From Mesotaenium endlicherianum (Eukaryota), in the NCBI GenBank assembly GCA_009602735.1, contig WELA01003517.1:767473-788723 (forward strand): a stretch of DNA of 21,251 bases, given 5' to 3'. The notes under the pieces are model-generated. The model saw only the letters and a list, made by a program, of their open reading frames with translations. It ran no database searches and was not told the origin of the DNA. Below are positions 11,134 through 21,011 of this stretch, piece by piece. Within the stretch, counting starts at the first letter, position 1. The number at the start of each line of letters is the position of its first letter. Position numbers and translations under genes: made by a program.

Positions 11134-11756
11134 TGCTGGACTTCATAACATAATCAGTTTGATGAGCCGGGAGCAGCAGGCTGAAGTCAACTTAGGTCAG
11201 CTTGCTGACACATTCTTTGACAGCCAACTGACTTCCGTACTCGGTAGCAGCGAACTGCCTAGATATGCATCTAAGTGTGGTGTGCCAGATGAATGGCCAG
11301 ATGACATCCTTAGGATGGATGGCAATTCGGGATAATGGGAGATGGCGGTGGATTTGGTTACCCGAGGTCCTACCAACGCGGTGAACTCCCGGGTAGGCGG
11401 TGCCATCGCACTGGCCGTTAAACAGTAAACTCATTCCATATACATATGCTAGGTATTGCTTTCGAGTTCGGCTTTCGGAAACGAGGCCAACTCTCTTGTA
11501 CTGCAAACTGAGAGAGATCTGAATCCAAGGCGAGAAGCCATTGATACGCACTGTCTCCTAGCCTTGCTTATGTGTGAGTTTACTGATTGCATTATTGATG
11601 CAAGTTTACTACCATTTGACTTACGAGTATTGTCCAACACTAGTGTGTTGTCTTTTGCTGTTTAATCAATTAATAGAAAATACCATAAAGATTACTTGCT
11701 GATATAAAGATCTTCATTAATTGTTATTCGCCTTTTTAGTAAGTCAATTCATTTCA
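11134..11756 (+). mobile_element. LTR family A copy, 5'-truncated
   Basis: Colinear with 20311-20938 and ends ...ATTCATTTCA. Not followed by a PBS; it abuts the accessory-ORF remnant. Confidence 0.85.
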
Positions 11757-12914
11757 GATACCAGCCCACCAAGAGACCCAGATCACGTGTGGCTGGAGAC
11801 TTTTAGCAGGGAGATTCCCACCCCAGGAGGTGAGACTCAGTCAGACAGAGCAGTCAAAAGGGCTGCGAAGAAGGCAGCCAGAGGGCAGCCAGCATCCCCC
11901 TCTCATAGAGGGTATGTGCCCTTAGCTCCATGTCATGCAGCACCCCTCCGGTATGCGAGTGTATGTCCCTGTCAATTTAAGAGCTGCACAGGTGAAATAA
12001 ATCGACTTACCAAATAGGCGATTAACAATTAATAAAGATCTTTATATCAGCAAGTAATCTTTATGGTATTTCCGTTAACTCGTTAAACGGCAAAGGACAA
12101 TACACTAGCAGGGAATACTACTCGTCAGTCAAATGAGAGTAAACTAGCATCAATAATGCAAATCAGTAAACTCATACATAAGCAAGGTTAGAAGACAGTG
12201 CGTATCAATGGCTTCTCGCCTTGGATTCAGATCTCTCTCAGTAAGCTGTACAAGAGAGTTGGCCTCGTTTCCGAATGCCGAACTCGAGAGCAATGCCTAG
12301 CGTATGTACATGGAATGAGTTTACTGTTCAACGGTCAGTGCGATGGCACCGCCTACCCGGGAGTTAACCACGTTGGTAGGACCTCGGTTAACCAAATCCA
12401 CCGCCATCTCCCATCATCCCGAATAGCCATCCATCATGGGGATGTCATCTGGCCATTCATCTAGCAGGTGGTACTTAGATGCATATCAAGGCAGTTCGCT
12501 GCTACCGAGCACGGAAGTCAGCTGGCTGTCAAAGAATGTGTCAGCAAGCTGACTTAAGTTGACTTCAGCCTGCTGCTTTTGGCCGAGTCATTAAACTGAT
12601 AATTATGTGAAGTCCAGCAGACTGATTATTAACTAAAGTTCAGCAGGCTGACTACTAACTAAAGTTCAGCAGGCTGAACTAAATTAACTATTATATTTAA
12701 ATGAATATTATATCTACTAATATACTGATTCATTACAACAGGAGAGAGCTGTCTCCAACAACTTGCAGACAGTGGAAAAGCAGGCTGCCCAGTTGCTGCG
12801 TTCCCCCCTCGGTTCACCATGGTCTGAGCCTCCAGGTTTCAGGAGGCCATCAGACAGGAGAAGGAGACCAGTTCCAGGTCTCGCTCCCCAAAAGATAGAG
12901 CCTCTGGTACTTAG
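11757..12914 (+). pseudogene. C-terminal remnant of the family-A 3' accessory ORF, interrupted by a solo LTR
   Basis: 11757-11992 joined to 12743-12914 reads DRAVKRAAKKAARGQPASPSHRGYVPLA(+1 frameshift at ~11928)HVMQHPSGMRVYVPVNLRAAQ|ERAVSNNLQTVEKQAAQLLRSPLGSPWSEPPGFRRPSDR...(frameshift)SSRSRSPKDRASGT*. This aligns by eye with the C-terminus of ORF 17807-19042. Confidence 0.8.
11993..12737 (-). mobile_element. Solo LTR, family A (745 bp) with perfect 5-bp TSD ACAGG
   Basis: Reverse complement of 20192-20938 with TG...CA ends. ACAGG at 11988-11992 and 12738-12742. Removing it restores the reading frame of the flanking ORF. Confidence 0.93.
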
Positions 12915-13016
12915 CTTGCTGTTGTCTTTGTTTTAGAGTCAATTGGTTTTGTGTAGCATGTGTGTTACTCTTTTGCAGATAATAGTTAGGGAGTGTTGTC
13001 GAGTCGACAACAATTT

Positions 13017-13029
13017 AAGTTGGAGGGAT
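13017..13029 (+). other. Polypurine tract of family-A element 1
   Basis: AAGTTGGAGGGAT directly before the TGTAATGAA LTR start at 13030; identical to the reverse complement of 17703-17715. Confidence 0.85.
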
Positions 13030-13301
13030 TGTAATGAATTAGTTTACAGGTTAGATATAACATTTATTTATATATATTGGTAAATATGTTCAGTCTACTG
13101 TATTGTAGTAATATTAAGTCTGCTAGATTTCTAATACTTAGTTTAATGACTCAGCCGGGATCAGCAGGTTGAAGTCAACTTAGGTCAGCTTGCGGACACA
13201 TTGTTTGACAGTCAGCCGACTGCCGTATTCGGTAGCAGTGAACTGCCTAGTTATGCATCTAAGTGTGGTGTGCTAGATGAGTGGCCAGATGACACCCTTA
13301 A
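13030..13301 (+). mobile_element. 3' LTR of family-A element 1, left part (interrupted at TTAA by piggyBac)
   Basis: TGTAATGAA start; colinear with 20192-~20492 until GATGACACCC-TTAA (13298-13301). Confidence 0.85.
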
Positions 13302-15795
13302 CACTAGATAATCCATGATAACTCACACTTTTTGGTGCAACAAGTGCATGTCTTTGCAATTTATTTCCCACCTTATTACGAACCTCACAATGATTCTGGA
13401 CGTAGTTTTGGAAAGCCTAGGCCATGAAGTTTCTGGTCATGTATCAAAGATTTTATTTCATTAATTTTTTTAAATTTATCTCATTCAAAAATCATCAACA
13501 AGAACGGGTATTCCTGGCTTACTTTCAAAATCCCACTGCTTTTACTTCCTTCCAAACCAGGACTTGGGAATTATGTGGGAGGTTGCTATGTATGTTGTTA
13601 GGTACTACACAAAATTATAGACATGTTGGATTGTTATCCTTCCAGGTATGAATTGTTTAGGAGTTGAACCGCAATATGCGACGGCGATTTTTTTGTGGTG
13701 CAACATAATCGCAAAAACATGAGGTCACTCATTCAACAATTTTGGGCTACATAGGAGTCTTATGAATCTAAAATTCATGCCATTGCTTAGTTTCTGTCAC
13801 ATGTACCTTCAGCTACTTTCTTTTATTTAACTATTATTTAAAACATTCTCTTTTATCCTTAGAATTCACAGAATGGCATGCATAATTGATTTATTCAGCA
13901 AACAAAAACTTATAATAAATGTGTGGCACATAACATGCAATCTTACTCATATGCAACATATCTCACATCTCATACCACAATAAATTAATTGCAGTGTTGG
14001 AGTTTTACGACAAAAACTCATCGATTAGTCTACTAAACTCCTGCTCTAATCTCCCTCTTATGACCTACATCTAAGTGCTCTATAGTTCTATTAGTGTGAC
14101 ATATCTCAAAGCAAGGAACCGCACAAAGGGAAACATTGCGATGAAAGCAATATTATGGACTCCTTCTTGCTCTCTTCCTATTTGCACGCTAACCGTAAGT
14201 ATCAGCAACACATACGACACAATAATCTCTCTTCTTGTCAGCACACTCACTAGGAAAGTGTCTTTAAGTGTGCCTTCCTTCACCAGAAGGTTGGGTAGTG
14301 CTCAGTCTTGTAGTCACCTTAGGAGGTCCAGCCTTGTTGGGATGTTGAAAAGAGCACATCTCATCCATAATATCAAGGTAAGTGTCATATCTGTCAGCCT
14401 TGTCATCAGCTAACTTCAAGAGGATGAAGACATTTGCTAGTAGCCCATCCCAAATACTCCAATAAGCTCTATGCCACCACTTTCTATTTACAAGTACTCG
14501 TTCTGCACTGTAATTCCTCTTCAAACAAAAAGCATCAAACTGGTCAACTCCGTCTTTGTATATAAGTTATAGTGTTACACCACTTGCGGAGCAGGCAGCA
14601 CATGTCTAAGTTTACCATCACGCCTTGACTGTGATCTAGGAGCTAGTTCTACAGCTGTCGACAAAAAAGTACAAGGTGCTTTGTCTTGATAGGTGCATGC
14701 TATCATAGGGGGACTTTCATTGCATACAGCTTTGGTGGTTCCCTTTGGGTTTGCACCTTTTTCCATCCAAATATCTTTGCCAGGAAAGTCTTTCTATTAG
14801 TCATAGCTGTGCCAGTAGCACCATGTCCAAGCTTAGCTAGTTTCTGGAAGAGGTTGGGAGAGGTGAAGCCCCTGTCTACAATAAGACTAAAGAACCTACC
14901 TACAGGAAGCATTGCTACTAGATCCAAAATCACATCAGACTTTAGACCATCTCTCTCCACTCCATCATATATAATTATTGCGTAGCAAAACACACATAGT
15001 GAACACTTCCATACCATACTTGTAAAGCTTAGAGAGATTGTATATCCTTATAGAATATTGTCTATTTCTAATGGAAATTGTTCTTTCATCAACTGTCTTG
15101 ACTTCACGTGGACTACAATATTTCTTGAAGGTGGACAAGAGTAAGTTAGTGAATGGTTTAAGCTGCCACAACTTGTACTTCCCAGAGTCTGTGGGAAAGC
15201 AATTTCTACTCTTATTGTCCTTCACATGAAAGTACTTTCTAATCTCTTTGAATCATTCCTAGATATGAACCGACCAAAGCTAGGCAAAGTTGTGGGCCCT
15301 TTGTGTATCTTCTTCCAATAATGCTGTAGACTAGGAAGAGCATGCAACCCCATTGCTATGCATAAACCATGAAACACAACAATCTCAGTGGTTGTGCATG
15401 GTATCCAACCTCTAATACTATGCTTCGCCGCATATGCATTGGTCTCTCTAGTTAGTTGCTCAAAGAACCACATGGGCATGAGCAAGCACAATATGCCAAA
15501 AGGAGAAAGGCCTTTGAAGATCCTGTCAGGGATGCCTTGCAATCCATGATGATGGTCTTTGCTAGGCTTCAGAAGCATGCTATCATAACTCTCACGAGGT
15601 ATAGCAGGCTGCCAGTTCCAATCCTCGGGCATCTCGGATAGAGGCTCCTCCTCTTCTTGCAAGCTCAAGGGGGGCACTTGCTCCTCTTCCTCTTCGGATG
15701 AACTGCTGCTGGCCTCCAAAGCACTGTCACTGTCAGAGGTCAATATCTTAGAATTTCCTTTCTCTCTTTTATCTGCTGCAGTCTGCTGCTGCTTG
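13302..15795 (-). mobile_element. Decayed piggyBac-like DNA transposon, one end retained
   Basis: LTR homology stops exactly at TTAA (13298-13301), followed by CACTAGATAA, similar to the CCCTAGA terminus of T. ni piggyBac. Contains a transposase pseudogene. The other terminus plus ~150 bp of the LTR is missing (deletion junction ~15793-15799). Confidence 0.82.
14033..15795 (-). pseudogene. piggyBac-type (DDE_Tnp_1_7-like) transposase pseudogene with Cys-rich C-terminal domain
   Basis: Fragments across frameshifts and stops: acidic N-terminus (SDSDS..SSEEEEE); ETNAYA..W...TTTEIVVFHGLCIAMG..LPSLQHYW; TVDERTISIRNRQYSIRIYNLSKLYKYGMEVF; IVDRGFTSPNLFQKL..GATGT; YNLYKDGVDQFD; RKWWHRAYWSIWDGLLANVFIL; and CRD HFP..CVVC..YCFHRNVSLCAVPCFEICH. 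Confidence 0.9.
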
Positions 15796-15798
15796 AAT

Positions 15799-16091
15799 TT
15801 GAGTTCGGCATTCGGAAACGAGGGCAACTCTTTTGTACAGCATACTGAGAGATATTTGAATCCAAGGCAAGAAGCCATTGATACAAACTATCTTCTAACC
15901 TTGCTTATGTATGAGTTTACTTATCGCATGAGTGATGCTAGTTTACTTGCATTTGACTTGAGGGTATTACCTCTCGCTAGCGTGTTGTCTTTTGCTGTTA
16001 AATCCGTAGATAGAAAATACCATAAAGATAGCTTGCTGACAAAGATCTTCTATTAATTGTTAATAGCCTATTGGTAAGTCAATTCATTTCA
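15799..16091 (+). mobile_element. 3' LTR of family-A element 1, right part
   Basis: Colinear with ~20644-20938; ends ATTCATTTCA at 16091. Confidence 0.85.
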
Positions 16092-16984
16092 ATACGCTTG
16101 CTTATCTTACGAGCTGCTATGTCAGCAGCTTCCTGCAACTCACAAGCTTTCTTGAAGTTCTCTTTCTGTGGAGAACTTCTCTTTTTCCTTCTGTACAAGG
16201 CTTGCTCTTGCTAATTCTGCAGCCTCTATCATGAAATCTTTAACACGAAGTCCACGAGCAAGCATCCTATGACAATAATCAACTAGCCTGTAGTGAATGT
16301 GAGTGCTAATGTCTATGTTGTGAGGTGCTTTCAAATTAGTCTGTCGTAGCATTGATCAAGAGCCAGCACAACATACCTCGCTCTATTTAAGATTAAAAAT
16401 GAAAGTTTAAAGTAAGTGCTTTCTCTCTTGACTTGTTCATCCTCCAATCTATGAAGAAAGGGGGTATAATAACAACAACCTTCCCTGACAACTTGGCTGC
16501 CCCATAGCCCAAATCGGCGTTCACACTTTCAAAGAAAAGTGGGCATCTAAGCCTTCTACAGACCAGCAAGCTCTTCGAATGCTCTGGGACATCATAGGCT
16601 CTGTATTGGTGATATACTGTGAAACTTTTATGCCTGGTTCTCAAACAGAGTTGCAAACAATGCTTTAGGGACATTCACATCAACCATGCGAACACCTGCC
16701 TGAGGAGTAGAATCTAACCTTGCATACAGGCGTCACCTATTGTTTGGAAGCCAGTCTCGAGGGTCCACCTCATCTTCCCGCATGAAGGACTTGCTGCACT
16801 TCTCACAGTAGGAGAGTCCTCTTCTCTTTGTAATCCGTAATTGCTGCAGTAATTTTGGAAGTGAGGCCATGTTGTACATGGCTCACCAGGCAGACTTCCT
16901 TGGCTGCCTTACCTGTCAGTAGACCAAACCATAAGACTTGGAAGAAGGAGTAAAGGGCAAAGTTATGCTAGTATTTACTATTAA
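16092..16984 (-). other. Degenerate coding-like remnant of unassigned origin (possibly an older transposon)
   Basis: Broken minus-strand frames with protein-like segments (SYCEKCSK; KAPHNIDISTHIHYRLVDYCHRMLARGLRVKDFMIEAAELAR). No diagnostic motif recognised. Confidence 0.3.
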
Positions 16985-17702
16985 TGAAATGAATCGTCTT
17001 ACCAATTAGGCGATTAACAATTAATAAAGATCTTTATATCAGCAAGTAATCTTTATCATATTTTTCGTTAATTGAATTAACAGCAAAGGACCACACACTA
17101 GCAGTGAATAATACTCGTAAGTCAGATGCAAGTAAACGAGCATCAATAATGCAACCAGTAAACTCATACATAAGCAAGGTTGGAAGACAGTGCGTATCAA
17201 TGGCTTCTAGCCTTGGATTCAGATCTCTCTCAGTAAGCTGTACAAGAGAGTTGGCCTCATTTCCGAATGCTGAACTCGAGAGCAATCCTAGCATATGTAC
17301 ATGGAATGAGTTTACTGTTCAACGGCCAGTGCGATGGCACCGCCTACCCGGGAGTTAACCACGTTGGTAGGACCTCGGTTAACCAAATCCACCGCCATCT
17401 CCCATCATCCCGAATCGCCATCCATCATAGGGATGTCATCTGGCCATTCATCTAGCATATCATACTTAGATGCATATCGAGGCAATTCGCTGCTACCGAG
17501 TACAGAAGTCAGCTGGCTGTCAAAGAATGTGTCAGCAAGCTGGCTTAAGTTGGCTTCAGCCTGCTGCTTCCGGCTGAGTCCTTAAACTGATAATTATATA
17601 AAGTCCAGCAGACTCAATACTACATAAAGTTGAGTAGGCTGAACTTAAATAACTATTATATTTAAATGAATATTATATCTACTAATATACTGATTCATTA
17701 CA
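16985..17702 (-). mobile_element. 3' LTR of family-A element 2 (minus strand)
   Basis: Full reverse-complement copy of 20192-20938, preceded on the minus strand by PPT AAGTTGGAGGGAT (17715-17703). Candidate TSD half ATTAA at 16980-16984. Confidence 0.92.
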
Positions 17703-17806
17703 ATCCCTCCAACTTAATTTGATGTCACCTCGACAACATTAAACTGCAGAAGTCTTTGGTCAGAGAACTGAACCTGACCAGCCTTCCCCACTGACTGCCT
17801 TCTCAC

Positions 17807-19258
17807 CTAGGGGGTTGTTCCTGGGGCTTCAGGATCAGGAGACTGAGATCTCGACCTAGATCTGAACAGCCCTCTAGGTCTGTCAGCTGGCATTCTAAAG
17901 AACCCCGTTTGTTCTAAAGTTGGACCTCGAGGAGAACGTAGGATGGTAGCCTGCTCTTCAACCACTTGGGTGTTGATCCCCACATAGACAGGCATTCCAG
18001 TAGGGTGCTGAAATACATTGGCAAGAGGTACATGCCCCTGAGCGAAGAGAGAGGCCGGCATACCTCTGGCCACCCCGCGAGTCCCCCTTCTGGTACCCCT
18101 GTCCTCTGGGGATTTCTGCCTTTCTCTGCTGCCAAGTACAGTCAGATCCGCTTCTTCCCCTGCTTGGGCAGGTGGGCTGGGGGAGCGAGTGCGCGGTTCA
18201 GTTACCTCCACGGTCGGGGTCAGATGCCATATTCTTGATCTTGGCTCCTCAGTTAGCCCTGCTCTTGCCTGCCCCTGGGCATCCTGAGTACCAAGTCCTG
18301 ATGCTTCTCCTCTGCCTCGTTCTTCGTCCTCATCCTCCTCATCTTCCTCCTCTGAGCAGGTAGGAGTTTCGTCCACTAAGTCGTCCTGCTCCCTGGTAGA
18401 CATGGAGTAGTCTACTGACCTCCCTTTCTTAGGGCGCGCCGGAGGTTGCTTGGCCTTCAGCCTGCTGATATCTATCCGGCCTCCATTCTTCGCCCATTCG
18501 ACGAAGGCATGCTTTCCCTTAGAGAAGTAGTCTCTCCCCCTCCTCCTGTGCTCTTTGGTCTCTGCATTCATATTGCTCAGGCATCCATTCAGCCTGGGGT
18601 CCCAATGGGCAATGTGAGGTGGTAGGATGAGATAGCCGTCCAGGCCATAGTGGAAGTCATCCGGTTGGGCTCGGCCACACTCCTGCTTCTTGTTTGTGAC
18701 GGTCATCCACCTCCAGTCTGTTGGCTGCTTGTAGTACTGAGGTCCATGCTCAGCCTTCCTCAGTTGACATGGAAACCAGTGGGGAGAGCACATCTGCTGT
18801 CCTGCTTCCCTGGCCAAGTACTTCCAGCACCTTCTCTCAACTTCATAATAAGCTGGCAGTAGTGTGAGGTAGAATACCGTATCCTTGAAGCTATCGGGCC
18901 GCATGCTCACCATCCTGATGAGTCTCTGATCTCCCACTATTCCCGGTATTGGGACGAGCTTGTCCTCTGAATCATCTGCAAGGTACCGGGCCTGCTCTGC
19001 TGTATTGCCTACCATCTTGGCATAATCTTCGTAGAGGACCACACCAGTGTGTGTCTCAATGTACCTATCTAGTGCTGCAGCTCCTTCCCTCTGTAGCAGT
19101 GTTGTCTGTTACCGCTTGTTGATCTCCTGGGCTGCCAGCAATACTTCCTTCAAGTTATCAAAGTTTTGGCCACCCACCAAGGTATACCTGTAAGTGGCCA
19201 AGCTATTCTACCTGTCCGCTTCAGCCTTTTTCCTTCTCTCCTCCTCTGCCGCTGCCGC
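17807..19258 (-). pseudogene. 3' accessory ORF of LTR retrotransposon family A, unknown protein (411 uninterrupted codons at 19042-17807)
   Basis: Sense to the element; ends 91 bp before the PPT. The frame continues upstream to 19258 (AAAAEEERRKKAEADR*NSLATYRY...INKR*QTTLLQREG..HTGVVLYEDY) with only two stops (19210-19208 TAG, 19111-19109 TAA) and is then cut by LTR B. No RT, RNase H, integrase or chromodomain motifs seen. Confidence 0.75.
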
Positions 19259-19970
19259 TGTAAGGTTATGAAAGTATAGTTTGTTTCTTTCTAGTATTTT
19301 ATATGCATAGAGTGTGATTTTAGAAGAACTTTGGCCTTTATTTCAAGTCATTTGGACAAGTATTGAGATAGTTATGAATTTTGGAAGTTTTTAGTGAGTT
19401 TTTAATGTCACAGATTCTATTTAGTGACAAGGACAGGTCCAGTGACGAAAATTTCGGTTGGAGTCCAGGAAGTAGGACATTGAAACATGAGGGTTCTAGA
19501 AAGTACGTACAATTACGTAGAGTGCCAAAGTGATCGTGGAATTTCTAGAAACTCCGTGAGGAGTTAGTGGATTGTGTAGTAGAATATTCTAGAGTGTGAT
19601 TGTGTGCGTGTGAGTGTGCTAGCTTGTCCAACTAGGAAAGGTCACCTACATGGAAGGAGCCATAGGAGAAGGTTCTTGAGGTACTTTGCTAGAGAGGACA
19701 CTTAGAGTTAAAGGATAAAATGAGAAGCACAAGGAAGTAAAAAGGCTTAGTCTAGTCTAACCTTCTTATCTTGTACACGACTTTTCTTAATAAAGTGAGT
19801 TCTTTTCCACTCCTCTCTCATGTAGCCCTCTAACTCTTGCAAGGGTGGCATACCACCAGGCCACTCCACCTTGTGTATGCAACTAGGAAAGGTCCTCGTG
19901 CACGCTTCCACTCGCGGGTGAGGGTGCGTGAGTGTGTATGGGCGCACTCCCCGCACCCTTCCCCCTTTCA
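19259..19970 (+). mobile_element. 5' LTR of a second LTR retrotransposon family (B), ~712 bp
   Basis: TGTAAGG...CCTTTCA imperfect inverted termini, abrupt composition change at 19259, PBS follows. Internal direct repeat CAACTAGGAAAGGTC at 19629 and 19880. Candidate TSD half GCCGC at 19254-19258. Confidence 0.82.
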
Positions 19971-19972
19971 CA

Positions 19973-19984
19973 TGGTATCGGAGC
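19973..19984 (+). other. Primer-binding site (tRNA-iMet type) of element B
   Basis: TGGTATCGGAGC 2 nt after the LTR end; the canonical plant iMet PBS is TGGTATCAGAGC. Confidence 0.88.
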
Positions 19985-20191
19985 TACCTAGTTGCTTCAT
20001 TTGGAGGAGGGAGCTTTGGTTGGTGATGCTTGTAGGAGTGTAGAGAGGGTAGAGAGGAGAAGCAAGGATGATTTATAAGTTGCTAAGGGCAGCCATGAAG
20101 ACGTTGATGCAAGCTAGCATCTCACTCTCTTGAAGGAGGGAGGAGATGGGAAGTGGGAGGTGCTCCAAGAAGAGTTAACTTGGATGCAACC

Positions 20192-20938
20192 TGTAATGAA
20201 TCAGTATATTACTGGATATAATATTCATTTAAATATAATAGTAAATTATGTTCAGCCTGCTGAAGTTTAGTTATTAGCCAGTCTGCTGGACTTTACATAA
20301 TTAGTCAGTCTGCTGGACTTTACATAATTATCAGTTTAATGACTCAGCCGGAAGCAGCAGGCTGAAGTCCTTATAAGTCAGCTTGCTGACCCATTCTTTG
20401 AGAGCCAGCTGACTTCCGTACTTGGTAGCAGCAAACTGCCTCGATATGCATCTAAGTGTGGTATGCTAGATGAATGGCCAGATGACATCCCTACGATAGA
20501 TGGCGATTCGGGATGATGGGAGAAGGCGGTGGATTTGGTTAACCGAGGTTCTACCAACGTGGTTAACTCCCGGGTAGGCGGTGCCATCGCACTGACCGTT
20601 GAACAGTAAACTCATTCCATGTACATACGATAGGCATTGCTCTCGAGTTCGGCATTCGGACACGAGGCCAACTCTCTTGTACAGCTTACTGAGAGAGATC
20701 TGAATCCAAGGCGAGAAGCCATTGATACGCACTGTCTTCTAACCTTGCTTATGTATGAGTTTACTGATTTGCATTATTGATGCTAGTTTACTCGCATTTG
20801 ACTTACGAGTATTATTCACTGCTAGTGTGTTGTCCTTTGCCGTTTAACCAGTTAACGGAAAATACCATAAAGATTACTTGCTGATATAAAGATCTTTATT
20901 AATTGTTAATCGCCTATTTGGTAAGTCGATTCATTTCA
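20192..20938 (+). mobile_element. 5' LTR of family-A element 3 (747 bp), nested in element B
   Basis: TGTAATGAA...TTCATTTCA inverted termini, followed by a PBS. Candidate TSD half CAACC at 20187-20191. Confidence 0.93.
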
Positions 20939-20939
20939 G

Positions 20940-20951
20940 TGGTATCGGAGC
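20940..20951 (+). other. Primer-binding site (tRNA-iMet type) of family-A element 3
   Basis: TGGTATCGGAGC 1 nt after the LTR terminal CA. Confidence 0.9.
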
Positions 20952-21011
20952 AGTTATCACAGTCTTCTTTGTATGGTAAGGACAAGGTCTCAAACTAGCA
21001 ACTCCCGAGAC

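Noticed and set aside
12198..12464. Recurrent 88-119 aa ORF (MRINGFSPWIQ...) also at 11192-11551, 17267-17455 and 20466-20732 as a multicopy gene family
   Set aside because: It lies antisense within LTR A, starts with GTG, and is broken by a stop and an indel in the 16985 copy. Recurrence is explained by LTR similarity.
13302..13312. CACTA/EnSpm element terminus
   Set aside because: The adjacent TTAA and the piggyBac-type transposase argue for piggyBac.
15222..15878. 218-aa ORF as a novel LTR-transposase fusion protein
   Set aside because: Chance in-frame read-through across the deletion junction (~15795); the downstream transposase is frameshifted and has stops.
20192..20938. Retrozyme (hammerhead ribozyme in the LTR)
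   Set aside because: No CTGATGA...GAAA core with flanking helices was seen in LTR A, B or C by eye; an Infernal search would be definitive.
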